Shown here: piece by piece, positions 28,043 to 43,159 of the stretch
Layout of the letters: the number at the start of each line of letters is the position of its first letter
How positions within the stretch are numbered: position 1 is the stretch's first letter
From: Chrysomallon squamiferum
Lineage: Eukaryota > Animalia > Mollusca
Direction of reading: 5' to 3'
Length of the DNA: 64,000 bases
NCBI GenBank assembly: GCA_012295275.1
Contig: CM022673.1
Coordinates: forward strand, 26,846,001 to 26,910,000
Translations under genes and position numbers: made by a program
The notes under the pieces: generated by a model
What the model was told of the DNA's origin: nothing
Databases searched by the model: none
Seen by the model: the letters and a program-made list of their open reading frames with translations, nothing else

Positions 28043-30570
28043 TTATTTATATATTTATTTAATTAGCTAGTTAGTTAGCTGGTTAGTGATTTGTTGTATA
28101 TTTTATGTTTATTATTCATTTTTTCTTTCGTTGTTTTTGTTGTTAAACTTTATGATTATTAAACGTTGGTCATACGTAAACACAATGTAATTACGTCATT
28201 TATAAATAATAACGTTCAAGTAAACTATTTATCTTTAGTTTAACAAGTTAATAGGTTAGTGCAACAACATTCTGTAGAAGTGATGATTTCTTGTACCTCT
28301 TACTGTTATTGACGAAACTGGTATTCGAAAGCTCGACCTATAATTTATAGTCCAAAAATTTAGTTTTTTATGATAACACAGATATCCAACATGTTTTTCC
28401 TTTTTTTTTCTTTTTTTTTTTTTTTTTAATTTATTTATTTATTTATTTATCGTCATTATATTATTTATGTATTTATTTAAATAAATATATATATATATTT
28501 TTTTATGATTTCACTTTGTAATGTTTTTTTCAAGTGTATCGATAAGAATGAATAATGAACTTTGTGTGAACATTTCGACTACCAGTGTATAGGTAATTAT
28601 TTTCCAATATTATTATTATTTTTTTTTTTTAAAGTAAAGGTTTTGAATTATACTTTTATCTATTTTTGTATAAAGATTCAACATATTGTCATGACAAAAC
28701 ACCATATGCTGTTATTAGTCATGTTATACTGTATCATATCAATCCACAGCATACATGTTGGTGTAAAGTATCGTCATTTCTACTGGTATCGCACCACTTC
28801 ACAGAGTCATATTACGCCACGTTTTAATGTCAGATACACAGGTGTGTTTGTATTACTGTGTTTTTATATATACAGAGTGCTACAGATTGATAGAGATAAC
28901 AAAACAGTTCAGTAATTTAGAATCAGAGTAAATTAAGCATAAGATATAGGCTGGTAGGCAGTCAGATAGACAAATTGAAAGAGAGTAGATGGATGGATGA
29001 ATGGATGCATGCATGGATATAGAAAGACAGACATATAGACAAACAGACAGACACAGTCAGACAAACAGATAGATAGACAGCGGTGTCAAAACCAGAACAA
29101 AACAAATACATTGCCCTGAAACGTCATATAGATAAATTATACCAAATAGTACCATATATATTTTATTTCTCAAAGCAGATGTGATAATATTGCACTGAAA
29201 CTGCATAAAATGCAACGTGTTAAAGTAGCTTTAAGTGATGACCAGTAAACTGCATACTGTTAGACGTTATGAACGTTCACTATATAACTAGTTCCAACCA
29301 CTGGCTAAAATTCGACAAGCAGACTGTCTGTACAACACGTTTTGCTATTCCAGTTAAAAGATTTGCTGTTACAAACTGTATACTTTGAAAATAACTTTAT
29401 CCAGTGACCATACAAAGATTGCTATTATAAATTGTGCAGTCTGAAGTTAGCTTTATCCAGTGACCACTTAAAGATTGCTATTATAAATTGTAGAGTCTGA
29501 AGTTAGCTTTATCCAGTGACCACTTAAAGATTGCTATTATAAATTGTACAGTCTGAAATTAGCTCTATCCTGTGACCACTCAGAGATTGCTATTATAAAT
29601 TGTGTAATCTGAAAATAGCTTTAACTCTTAACCAGCATTGCTGTCAAACAGTTTGCTATTATAAATTGTTCAGTGGAGAAAAAACAACAACAAAAAAAAA
29701 AAGCCATTGTTGTGGAAGAGCAATTTGATCGATAAACGCACGTGCTAGAAACATTTGCTGAATGTCACTCTGTCCAGCTATAATTCGTTTCAAATTGGTG
29801 AAAAGAATAATATATATATATAATAACCTTGTTTACTCAGAAGTAATCATCAGAGACATTTGTTTTTGGACTGACAATTAATCTTTGTGTCGATCTAAAC
29901 ATTTAGTCTAGACGTTACTACGTCAGCGACTTTGTTTGCAATGTTCTGTCAGCAGCATACACAGATATACACGAAGATACATATATACATACACACATAC
30001 ATTACATACATACATACATAGTTACCTGTAATCTTCTGTCAACAATTAGTTACCTGTAAAATAAATGTTCTCTAGTGGATTTCTTTTTTCTTATAATGGG
30101 AGCCATTATATTTCATTACTGAACAACATCTCATTCTGTTTTGTTTGTTTGTCTGTTCTTGATTATATTATATATATATATTTATTTATTTATTTTTTAT
30201 TTTTTTTTTTTATTATTATTAGAAAAAATTATTTTTATTTAATGGTTTTTTTAAAATGAAAATCATATTCTTCTTCATCATCGTGATCTTTTTTTTCTTT
30301 TTTTCTGAACATCTCATTCTATTTTTCTTTTTTTACTGGTATTATCATCATCGTCGTCATCATCATCATTATCATTATCACTGTTGTTGTCGTAATTTTG
30401 TGAAAATTTAATTATAAATATTTATATTTTGTTCAGTTTATTTCAGTGTAATTCGTATAATTCATCCTTCTTTTTATATTGTTTACGGTAAAAAAAATTA
30501 TATATATAAATGTCAGTCTACTTCATTACAACATTCGATAGTGGAAAACAATCACGGTAAGTCATATACA

Positions 30571-30605
<35 letters not shown>

Positions 30606-30624
30606 GTATGTATATATATATATA

Positions 30625-30741
<117 letters not shown>

Positions 30742-31157
30742 TGTTACACAAAAATATATATATATACACATGCATATATATATATTTCGTTTTTATATCT
30801 GTTTTCCTCTTTCTGTTTTACATACATTTACGCATGCACGCACATGCACACACACACACAGACACACAGATAAACAGTTATGGGATTTAAAAAATGTAGA
30901 TTTTAACTAAATCTAAATTACTACCTTTAACAAAAAATGTTTTTTTTAATAAACTGACTTACTAATTTTTTTTTTTTTTTAAGTGGAAGAATTTGTTCTT
31001 ACAAACTACATAATATATATATATTATTATTTTATTTTTTTTGTTAAGACGCTTATATTTGTTTTATCTGATACTTTATTTCAACAAAACTATTATTTTA
31101 CCAGTTTATAAAAAATACTTTACTTGCTCTTGAACATTATTTTCAAAATGTAAACTC

Positions 31158-31208
<51 letters not shown>

Positions 31209-31209
<1 letters not shown>

Positions 31210-31713
31210 AGTGGCACCTTGACTTACGAGTTTAATTCGTTCGCTGACTCAGTTTGCTCGTATCAATTTTCTCAACTGAAATTAACTGTAATACCGTTAA
31301 TCGTTTTTAAATAAGAAAAATGTGTGTATAAATGACAAATATTGTATAAAAAAAAACAAAATAAAAGAGAATGTAAAGAAATAAATTGGTTTTGTAAAGT
31401 GCATTTATCTTGGAGATCAGACAACTTGGCCAAACTGAAAATGCTTACGTTCCTTGGACTGAAAAAAAAAAAAAAAGAAAAGAAACCCGAGCACAACACA
31501 ACAAAGATGCTTCCACGGCGAGGTAACCGTGTGACGTAAACGAGTCAGACCTAGGATGCTGAGTTCTTCGTTGCGCCAACTGGCGGAGGCATAGCTGAAG
31601 CTCGCTCGTAACTCAGATTGTAGCTCGCAACTCAAAGCAGAAACTCGCCCGGACGACTGCTCGTAACTTGGAAAGCTCGTAAGTTGGTGCACTCGTAAGT
31701 CAAGGCACCACTG
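31209..31713. mobile_element. Tigger/pogo-type MITE, unit 3
   Basis: TIRs cagtggcaccttgacttacgagt / actcgtaagtcaaggcaccactg flanked by TA on both sides. Confidence 0.85.
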
Positions 31714-31747
<34 letters not shown>

Positions 31748-32132
31748 GTATGTATGTATGTCTGTAAGTATATATGTATGTATGTATACGACTGTACATG
31801 TGTGTAAATATATATATATATGCATAGTCACACGCACGCATACACAAACACAAACACTCACATATTCCTGTTTGTTCAGACTGCACAGAGTCATGTTTGT
31901 TATTTTTGCCTGTGTGTGCTGACTGTGGCTGATGCCACCGTCACGGTGAAGCCGAGACGGACGGACATAACTGACAAGGGCCACTCGAAAATGTTTCACG
32001 GTTGGGTGGATGTGCAGGGACAAGGAGTGAAGAATGACTACTGCAGGTTTGTTACAACAGCTGAACGTAGGTGACTTTGTCTTTTACTTTTTACGTAACC
32101 AGTGGCGTAGCTAATATATGACGAGTATGACG

Positions 32133-35100
32133 GCTTAGTCCCATATGGTAGAATCCCATTTCGTAGAAAGGCTAAATGTGGTTCAGTGGTCTTATTGACA
32201 TGTTTGGTTTTACCTCAGTCATTTTAATGAACTGCTCCAGATTATTTGGAAAGCGATTATTATTGTATAAATACAGTAACATCTCGCTTAACGATATCCC
32301 GCTTTAACAATCTTTCTTCTTTACAAATTATATAAATAGAAATTTAATTTAATAGTTAATTGCTCGAAATAAATGATATAAATGTATACAATGCATGTTT
32401 TTAAGTCCGTTTTCTTTACTTTTTCGTTCATTCACGAGCTTCTGTCAGCTGTGTTGATCAGTTGATACGTCATACGTGCATCTGATATTCTGATTCTGTA
32501 TTGTTTTCTGCTTCGATTTAGACTTAAACTCGTTTGTAATTTACCCTTCCAATATGTCAAAACGAATAACACGATACCGGCAAATGCTGATGATAAAAAG
32601 AAACGGAAGACATAAACTTTAGAAACAAAATACATTATCTTAAATGAAACCAAACCCACAATGAGCGGCATATAATTATTTCTTAATGTATTTGTATAAA
32701 TTGATTTGTAAATGATTTACTGTTTACTTAATAACTACAATCTATTAAATCATTTATGTCTAAACTGCCGTTTTATTTCTTCATATTTCACCTTTTTTTT
32801 TATGTCAGATCTCATCAGCAAGAAAGTAACCACTGCTGTTAACCTTAATTCAATGTAAATTAGTCTCTCGCTTAACGATACCTCACTTCATTATAGAAAA
32901 TTTGGAACCAATTACATCTTTAATCTGAGGTATTATTGTATGCAAATATGACAAATATCGAAATAATCCATGTATCGAATGTATCGAATATAAATAATTA
33001 AAAAAGAAGGTATTCATCTAAACAAATTTATTTTCCAAAAAGCTATCAATGCAACTTCATGAGATGACCAATGGCGTCCAGGTATTGCATAGGTGTCTTG
33101 GTTCTGTCAGTCAGCTGCTGCTTGAGTCGACTGACTCTGTTGTCAAGATCACGATAGACCCTCTTCCTTGGTGGTGGCGCAGCCCCAGCATTCAACTGCA
33201 CCAGCTTCGCTCTTTCGCATTTCTCAATGCCCTTTATCAAATCAACAAATCTGTAGATGTTCGGATGTCGATGAGGAAGCATCCTGTTGACCCGCGAATG
33301 GAAGCCTTCCAGATTGTTGTTCGTTCTTGGGCCAGCATTGGTAAAATGATTCCACATGACAAGAGGAAATCGTGCATCATCATCCACCCATGTTTTCACT
33401 ACATAATCGTTGAATTCTGCAGCTTTGGGTACTGCTGGGGTGGTTTCCATTGCATCCAACCATGTGTTCTGGACCTCGATGATCGGAAGTAGTGGCAGAC
33501 CAGCAGCTCTTCTCATCCAGGTTTTCACGGCATTATCGTTCTTATACTGTTCGGCTAGGCCTATCTGTTGGATCTTGCGCCAAATGGCCTGTGTGTAGTG
33601 GAACATGCAGCCTTTGATATCTGCATTAGGAAACGACTGTTCCACTGCACGGATAGCTGCCATTTCAAAGTCTGTTTGTACACAAGTGGGATCCAATACT
33701 CGACTGAACAGGCGCTGAACGTGGGTCTTCAGGTTCTCAAACAGACGGACGTAGTTGGTAGTCTGTCGGTCTGGAAGCAAGGCATACGCCAGTCGGTAGG
33801 TCGTGTCATCTTTACGAGCATGCAGAATGTAGAGTTGGTTCCAGAGATGTGGACAGCAGGAAAATGTACCATCCATATAGATTTTGTCCGCTTCTTGGAG
33901 AAGCCTCAGTTGATTTTCTGTAGAGAAGACAACCATCTTATCTGCGTCACCATCACTGAATAGCAAAAATGTCTTGCCGTCATGTGTTTGCGACCACGGA
34001 CCCTGCAGATCGACGTCTTGGAGTGTCTGTGGGAGAGTAGGCATCATGGTTCGTCGATGTCGATACATTGAACTCTTGAGGCTGGGAAAAGTGGGGATTT
34101 CAGGGATGTCTACATCATCTTTCTTCATTAGCTCATTTTGAAGATCTGTTGCATAGGTGTTGTTTCGGATCGTGCTCTCTTTCTCATTGTACTAATGAAC
34201 TTGATGGTAGTTGCATTATTTGGAGGATGGTCATGACCGAAGCTGTTTTTAACAAAACCAGCAACTGTGGTGATCTTGCCGACACAGGGTCTGTTGGTGC
34301 ATCTCCAGTACTGGGTTTCTTCGTTAATACGATTTTGACTGTACGTATAACCATCTAACAGAATGTGTTGTTTTCCATGACTTGACAGTACAAATTCTAC
34401 CTTGCATAAACCTGCCATTGTCACTAAGTTAGCTGAATCTATATAACGTCTGTCCTGTACAAGTGTAAAACTGATCTTCTCCAACCAAAATGCAACCTCT
34501 CCTTTTATTGCCTAGAAAAGACCACTTAGGGGTCTCTTTAACATTCCTGTCCAGGGAGTGGTGCCAGGATTGTTTAGAACTTTAGCAGACATGCAGGCGA
34601 CAGAGGGTCCCCCAAAACAACATTTCGAAATCATTTATATAATTTTTAAGGAATCTAACATCAATTACCTATTAAAATGAGATTGTTGTCTCTGTGACAC
34701 TTGGCTTATATAATTCTTAAGAGAAGACAGGTTGTCTCAATCACAATACTCCAGAGGCCATGGAGAACATATATTTGTAAATAAACCATTGTCCATCTGT
34801 AATGAAAGTTTCATAAACAGTTTTATTCACAAAACACCATGGAAAAACCATGAAAAATATGAAGTCTACTTCCCATTACTCTGTCTTCATTCTGCAGTGA
34901 TAACATTACAGCAAGAAGCGATTCAGGTTTGAAACGAACGATGTGCAGACATTGTTATATAATGGCAGGACACGTAAAATAATAACTGATATCACACACA
35001 ACTTTATTCCATATCACAAATATTAACAATACCTCTTTCATCTCGATTCAGATAATCGTGTGTTCCTGCATGATGAATAAATCCAAGTGCAAATATTAAA

Positions 35101-35682
35101 ATAAAACTGTCCAGGCCTAAGGACAACGTGTTTAGTACAAAAAATAAAAAATAAATAAAACTAAAAAAATAGTAATAAAAAAAAGTATTCCCAATGATTT
35201 GGACCTTCATATAAACGTTTTCAGTCATAGCTAAACTATTTGCAGTTCATAATATATTTAGTATACTTACTATTAATATACTATGTCACATATATTGTAT
35301 AATATGTGCACAATGTGAATATGTATGTGTGCATAACGTAAATATGATCAGTAACAGATATCTTGAACATGTTTAAGTTGAATATGGTTGAATTCGAACA
35401 GTTAATGATAGATGTAACGTTCACATATTCTATTTACTGAATATAAGTAAATTACTCGTATGTAAAATATGTTAGTTATTTATAATATTTTGTCGTTTTC
35501 TTTTACAGAAGCAAGCCATAAGCATTAATAAAAACACATCATGCCGCTTTTTACTTTTCTTTTATTTATTTATTTATTTTTTTAATAGATAGATGAAATT
35601 GATGTAAAATTGTTTATTATTGGTCGCTTGTTTTGTAACGGAAAGGAAATGTTTATGAATTTGAAATGACCACCTTAAATAA

Positions 35683-35722
<40 letters not shown>

Positions 35723-36101
35723 GTAATTATAATAAGAAGAATAAGAAGAATAACAATAATAATAATAATAACAACAATAATAATAGTAATAATATAATAA
35801 TAATAATAATAATGTTGATGATGATAATTATGATGATGATAATGAGAAGGAGGAAGATGATAAAATAATGAAAAAGCAACAAATCAACAATAAATGAGTT
35901 GTGAATGCTTATTCTGCTTTCGGTTGATGTTACATAATCGATTTAGGAACAATGCGCTTCGCCTCTGAATGTTAGAAAGAAACCAGATGTATGCACAGGC
36001 CAAGTTCATTATATACAGAGGTAATCAGGTATTGCGGTAAACCAGCTTTTTCTACGAAATGGGAATTATACGAACTGGGAATCTACCAAAGGGAAGACAC
36101 C
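32133..36101 (-). mobile_element. Full-length MULE/Mutator-like DNA transposon (3969 bp)
   Basis: Perfect 9-bp TSD AGTATGACG (32124-32132 and 36102-36110); empty site in copy D near 45614; imperfect TIRs sharing tggtagaWtcccaKttcgta. Confidence 0.92.
33046..34418 (-). CDS. FLYWCH-type zinc finger plus MULE DDE transposase (about 457 aa, one frameshift near 34140)
   Basis: GYTY..YWRC..C..HDH zinc finger; YMDGTF, QTDFE, CMFH, NNLEGFH catalytic motifs; adding one base joins QQIF to (Q)NELMKKDD. Confidence 0.88.
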
Positions 36102-36534
36102 AGTATGACGCTTGCATTGGGCGTCACCCGAAGAGGGCCCCACTGAGCTGTTTACGTTAAACATGACTGGTATTTATGAGCTGATTCTATGATTCTAGAC
36201 AGGGGCGCAGTTACAGTGTTTGCCTCAAAATTAACGTATTAAACTTAAAATTAAACGCATTAAATACTTATTAGCATTTAAATTATTCGTAAATTTTGTT
36301 TAACCAATCTACGTTACAATATATTATTTCTTAATAATTCTATTCTTGTACTTAATTAAAGGTGGCTTAAAAATCAACTGTAAAATCTTTGGTGCAGGTA
36401 TTTTTGTAAATTAAATTTTAAGTAATTTTAAATAGACCGTCGTATGATTTCATCATAACGATTGGTTTTTTTCCCTCTGTGTATTTTTATTACATTTTGT
36501 CTTTTAAGGAGACAGATTATTGTATATGTATACG

Positions 36535-36575
<41 letters not shown>

Positions 36576-37249
36576 TTACCGTATATGTGTGTGTGTGTGT
36601 GTGTGTTTGTTTGTTTATTGTTACGGTGTGTACTATACGTAATTATATAGATAGAAAGAAAGAAAGAAAAATAGATAGATGGATAGATGGACAGACAAAC
36701 AGACAGACAGACTGACAGATAGACAAATAGACATATAGACAGACTGATACATAGATACATAGACACATAGACAGACAGGCAGACAGACAGACAGACAGAT
36801 ATGTCTATATATATACTGACACATGTAATATTATAATTCTAGAGTTGTCGCTACATCCAAAGGCTTCCCATTTAGATGGCTGTCATGCGCACTGGCCGGA
36901 ACCCAGGGTCAAAGTCAGTACAACTACAACCCGTCTAATGGCGGCACGACCTGGTTTGACCCCGGATATCCAGGCACGTGGTTCATGGAGGATAAAAATG
37001 GAGACGGGCGAGATGACTATTGCAGGTAATCGCTGTAACACTGAGAATATTGTTTTATCAAAAATAAACAGTGAAAACATAAATATGTAGACATTTCCAA
37101 ATTATATAAGATATCCGGACTGAATTTTTGAAAATTATTCAAGAAAAGAAAGTTTAAAAGGAGAACGAACTAAGAATGTAAACAAGAAAGGTTGAGAGTT
37201 TCCGTTTTGTAAATCATCAGAAAATGTAAATAATTTATGGAAACTTTGA

Positions 37250-37352
<103 letters not shown>

Positions 37353-38154
37353 ATATATCTCTTTCTGTCTATCTGTCTATCTATCTCTCTATCTAACTAT
37401 CTATCTATATATAAAGCCGATATCTTATAACAGTAAGGAATTACCTCACACACACACACTCAGATAATTTAAGCATCACTTGTAAATCATGTTAATGTAC
37501 TGCACTATGGCATAAGAAAAAACTTTTTTAAAATTATCTGTCAAATTAAAATTATCTGTTAGAATGTAAATTGTTGTAGATGTGTTGGAACAGTGCCGAA
37601 GACGTGGATGTCGTGCATGCAGGCAGACCGGTTTGGTTTTAACAGCAATCAGTATACCTTTACTATAAAAGGATCTCAAGGATGCCACTAAACAAAAGAC
37701 AAACACGTTAAACACATTTCACAAAATGTTAAGTGTCATACTTAATAAATAAATAAATAAAAAATCTGTTGTAAAGAAAAAGCTTGTAAGTGTTTTGTGA
37801 TGATACAGTGAAATGAACGGTTAACGATTCTTTCACCCTTTGACGGTTCTGTTTATTACCACATTTTCCTTTGTTTTAATCAACAACCAAAGTATGCAAA
37901 GGTGGCATTTGAAAAGTATTTAAAAAAAACACACAAAAAAATCCAAACCAGTTACTGACTAAAAGTAAACAGAACACATACTGACAAGAATGGCTACTGG
38001 GAGGTTTCATCAGCAGAACTCTGAATAAAAGTTTATCATTTATTTTTCTGTGAATGTCTTACTTACATACATACATATATATATACATTATTTGATAATA
38101 TACATGCTTACATGCTTACATACTATACATACATACATGAACAGATATTAACAC

Positions 38155-39318
38155 ACCACCAGGTCGACCAATGATCTCAGACTGTGGGTCGGAATCTTTA
38201 ACATTTCCTAATACAATGACTCTGAGACACGCTAGTTTTTGTTAAAAATACAGATGATCTTTTATCTAAAATATCTAAAACCAAAAATAGTCACCCTGGA
38301 TATCGATTCCAAGTACACTAACATAAACATCGAATGCGGGTATAGAATCTGCTGAGAGAGCGTTCCAAAAATACCCAGATGCAGAAAGACCAACCGAAAG
38401 TATCATAGAATTACGTGAATTACATTTAAAGGGCAACGACTTTTAAATTTAACGGGGAAATGTAATTAGCAGGTTTGTGGTTTCGCCCTTTTTTGCCTCT
38501 ATTTATAATACAAAAATGGGAAGAAGCAATCAAGAAGCCATTTTTCTATCATTTCATCCCCATCATAAAAGTATCGTTAAATCTCATGTTTCACAGAAAT
38601 TCAAGTAACAAAGAAAATTTTAATGAGGATTGTTCACTCGTATTTTGCGCCCTGAAATCGAGAGGTTATTCAAAACGAGTTCTGTGGAAAATTAAATCTG
38701 AAACGTCAGAGAATTAGAAAAACCGTTAGAACCACCAGACCCATTTTAAGCCATCTAAAATCCAACATAATATTCCACCTCACTTGGGTACCGAATCTAC
38801 AGCGATCTGTAAGATGCAGGCTCCACGACGACGTATAAAATCTCAGTCTACGTTGAGTAGCGAAGAAACAAAAAGTGAATATCAAATCCGAACTAACCTA
38901 GACTGAGATTCCAAAAAAATTGTGTATTTGATAAGATGTAAAGAAACATTATGTCGGCCAATCCCAAAATATGTTACGAGTCAGAACTGCTTGTCACGAA
39001 TACGACATTAGGCATGAAGTTGACATTCCTGTCGCCAGACACTTTAACCTACCTGGACATATATTGGAGGATCATTTTGAAATAATCCCAATAGAACAAA
39101 TGCCCATTCTCTAGTCCAAAACTGAAACTGACCTTTTTAGACTTGAACGAGAAGCGTTTTTGATTCGCACGTTACAAACCCTAAAACCATTTGGAATAAA
39201 TGTTGAATCGAGGAAATGTAAAGAGAGACATAAAATAATTTTCCCAATAATTTACAATCGCCGCAACGTTGACAGTAAAATTATGAAGGAGCAATATTTT
39301 AATTTACTTTCGAAATAG
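38155..39318 (+). mobile_element. Decayed Penelope-like retroelement, unit 3
   Basis: Paralogous to the other PLE remnants (ALKSRGYSKR; HYVGQ). Confidence 0.75.
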
Positions 39319-39729
39319 TTTTAAATAGGTTTAGAGATGTACTGTCTTTTTGTATAAAATGTAATGTTAAACATGTCTGAACGCTTCTGCATATAGTTTT
39401 AAAAGGTTTAATGAATAATAATAATATAATAAAGAATAATATATAATAAAACGCAAGTATTTTTTACGGTATCATAAATAATAAATAATAAACTTGGGGT
39501 GTAATTATATATGATGTTTATTATTAAATGAAAATGTTTATAACTGATCACTGGCTGATAAAACTGATTCTTATTTTTATTTTTGAGTTGTTCAATAATA
39601 ACTGTTAATACTTACATATGTTCGGGTTTTGTTAAACATTAATTAATGTTATTTCTAATACATAAATGAAAATTATGAATTCTTATCTCAAGCCTCGAGG
39701 TCTTAAAAAGATAAATTACGGAAGCTTAC

Positions 39730-39908
39730 AATGTCGAGTAGAGGAGTACTTCACAATCTAGCTGTTCGCAAACGCCTTCTCTAACTTTACCAATAAAACG
39801 TGGTGGGAGGGCGACATGTCTCTTACAGTGAACCAGTTCAAAACAAGAATGAGGATCGTTAATTCGAGATAAAGCTGAAACAAAATTCACATGGCCATTT
39901 TTATTCAT
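39730..39908 (-). CDS. POLR1F: RPA43 first coding exon, unit 4 copy
   Basis: ATG and donor intact; differs from unit 1 by 3 synonymous changes and one Ile-to-Val. Confidence 0.78.
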
Positions 39909-40180
39909 GACTCTCGCATACAACGAGAATTATCGAGACCTCAACGCCAAGCATTTCCTGGTTTAGTTTGAGCGCTTAACGACAGTGTATGGGAACATAA
40001 CTCTTGAACATTTAACGAGTTGTTTCATGTTCTTTTTATTAACAAAATTCAAAACCTTTTAGAATTTTAAATGAGAAAGAAAATGGGTTTAAAACTACAT
40101 AAGAACAAATTAAGATACTGAATATAAAATTTATTTTTATTTCAAAGTACAAAATTAAAAAAAGTTATAATAAAACAGAC

Positions 40181-40237
<57 letters not shown>

Positions 40238-40774
40238 TTAAGAAATAAACAATAAAATATTGCAGTATTTCATTTAAACTAAATTAATTTTTCATAAATT
40301 ATATAAATTTGTGTTGCAGTTTCTTTCTTTTCTGGTCACTTATGATCAATCTGAAAGTGAAAGAAATATAATTTAAGGGAATATATATATATAATTTTTT
40401 AACAATGTCTCTTATATACTTATGTTGTACAGATAATAAAATTGGAAAATTAGAAATTATTTAAGAAGCACAGTATAATTATATTACATTGGAGGCAGTT
40501 TCATTTGGTAAACAAAGTGGTATTTGTGCTTTCATTTTTAACGGAAAGTACATAAATCATACATGATAATTTAATTTCTCTTAACTGGTAGGAGTAATCC
40601 TAAATCTGGAATTATCGTTATAAATATAACAACGATCCGATAACCGAAAATACAAAATATCCATATTTTTCATATTTAGTAAATTTATCTTTCTTGTTTA
40701 TTGTTTTATGAAAGGAAAAAAAAAAGAAGATATTTTTATATGAATTACTATATTGAAAGATCTATATATACAAA

Positions 40775-40809
<35 letters not shown>

Positions 40810-40881
40810 AAGAGAGAGAAAAGAAGACAGGATTAAAACACGTACTTGCCATTTGTTCTTTATAGACGTAGTTCGTACCAA

Positions 40882-41177
40882 TTATTTTTGGTCATGACCG
40901 GAACCTGACCCAGAACCCGAACCTGAACTGGAACCAGAACCGGAGCTTGATCCATGTCCACAACTGCAGCACGCCTGGGCCGAAGCGAAAACAAGAACTG
41001 AAACTGAAACAAATAAAAGAAATAATTTTGTATTTGTTTTTTAACCATTTGATCCAGTTTTGTTGATATTTCAGGTTTTAGTACTGTAATTATATATATT
41101 TCCAATAATGATAATTATATCCAACTGCAGTATAATGACTTACAGACCAACGAGATGAATATTTTCCTGAAATCCAT
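40882..41177 (-). CDS. Small secreted Cys-Cys/Gly-Ser-rich peptide (51-aa precursor), unit 4
   Basis: Exons 41177-41144 and 41003-40882: MDFRKIFISLVFSVLVFASAQA-CCSCGHGSSSGSGSSSGSGSGSGSGHDQK*; UTR donor after 40846, UTR exon from 40350. Confidence 0.8.
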
Positions 41178-41698
41178 TTTGTAAAAACGAAATACTGTTC
41201 AAACTAGACTGGTTGTTTGCTTACAAAAATGTTTTGATTATGAACAGTTATTTTCATATATTTATATTAGTAATATGAGGAAACCAAAGCGTATATCCAT
41301 TGCTATATTTTTCTTAGTTTCCTTTTCAGTTCACGTGTTAAAAAATACATTAAAGAACTGACAAAAGAAAGAATAAAGAAAATAAGGAAAAGAAAAAAAA
41401 AACGAAAATTAATATTTTCTTGTTACAGCGTTTTCTTTCCTTTATCGTGTGTGTTTTATAGTACTTCATCTTTCATTTGACTTTAATTTTTCATCTTCTT
41501 CTCCATAAAATAACACAATGGAAATAACAAAATATCAAATGAAATAAACATACATGCACATACACCGAAAAAACCAACAAAACAACAATAAATAAATAAA
41601 TAAATAAATAAAAGATTAACAGGTATTCTGATTATTTTTTATATATTGTTTTAATCAAAATGGATAAAATTGATAAAAGCTTCATGAAATAGTTGTAT

Positions 41699-41780
<82 letters not shown>

Positions 41781-41977
41781 GTGTGTCTGTGTGTGTGTGT
41801 GTGTATGCCTGTCGCTTTTACGCTGAATGACAGAATGTATATATATATTAATACAACTAGTTAATGAAAGTTTTGAATTATATAATTTTGTATCAAGATT
41901 CAACATATTGCCATGACAAAACGCCATATGCTTTTATTAAATGTATTATACTATTATATATATATATATATATATAC

Positions 41978-42013
<36 letters not shown>

Positions 42014-43159
42014 TATACAGGTAGACAGATATATAGATACAGAGATAGATTATCAGTCAACGGCAAAGTAAAGGTTTTGAATTATACTTTTATATATTTT
42101 TGTATTAAGATTCAACATATTGTCATGACAAAACGCCATATGCTTTTGTCAGTCGTGTTATACTGTATCATTTAAATCAACAACAAAAATCTTAGTGTGA
42201 AATATCGTCATTTGCACTGGTATCGCACCACTTCACAAAGTCATATTACGCCATTTTTTAATGTTAAATACACGTGTGTGTTTGTATTATTGTGATTTTA
42301 TATATACAGATTGATAGACAACAAAACTATTCAGTATTTTAGAATCAGAGAGTAAACTAAGCATAACAGATAGACTGGTAGACAGACAGACAGACAAATG
42401 GAAAGAGAGTAGAGCGATGAATGAATAAATGGATAGACAGATCGATGGATGAATGCATGCATGGATATTGAAACAGAGACAGACACAGTCAGACAGACAG
42501 ATAGATAGACAGCGGTATCAAAACCAGAACAAAACAAATACATTTAACTGAAACGTCTTTTATCTGAAACTGCACTTCAACTGAGTATATATGTACACTA
42601 CTGACCGCTGCCGATACTAGAAGCTGACCTTCTACACACGATTAATAACAGACAATACAACATTCGTACTGACCAGTTTGTTATTGTACATGTCCATAGA
42701 ATAGAAGTTTTGGCTAGTGACACATGATCTAATAGTCCGGTGTTTGTTTTCATAAATATGGTGTTAAATTATCTTCGGCCACTGACCCCCAAAAAGATCG
42801 TTGTTATAAAATGTAACGTGTTAAATTACCTTTAGTCATTAATCACTATGCAGTAAACATTTTAAACCAAAAGTGTTAAATTAATTTTAGCCGTTGACCA
42901 AATATGGAGTAATTTGTTATCATAAAATACAACGTGTTAAAGTAGTTTTAAGTAATGACCAGTAAACTGTATACTGTTAGATATTATAAACGTTCGCTAT
43001 CTCAGTAGTTCAAACCACTGGCTAAAATTCCACAAGCAGACTGTCTGTACAACACGTTTTGTGTGAAAGCAGCTTTAGCCACTGACAGATCAACATTCTC
43101 TTATTATAAACTGTAGAGCTTGGAAGTGTCTGCTATTCCAGTTACAAACCGTATACTTT

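Noticed and set aside
33049-33963. Plus-strand ORFs over the MULE transposase (and 9797-10728 over the decayed MULE)
   Set aside because: Antisense frames of transposase sequence
36845-37090. ORFs ...CHAHWPEPRVKVSTTTTRLM... (also 21857, 46263)
   Set aside because: Wrong frame of DYCR exon 2; splice phases and repeat homology define the correct frame
40860-41105. ORF ending ...DQAPVLVPVQVRVLGQVPV...
   Set aside because: Alternative frame of the GS-peptide exon; the spliced frame gives a signal peptide matching the paralogs
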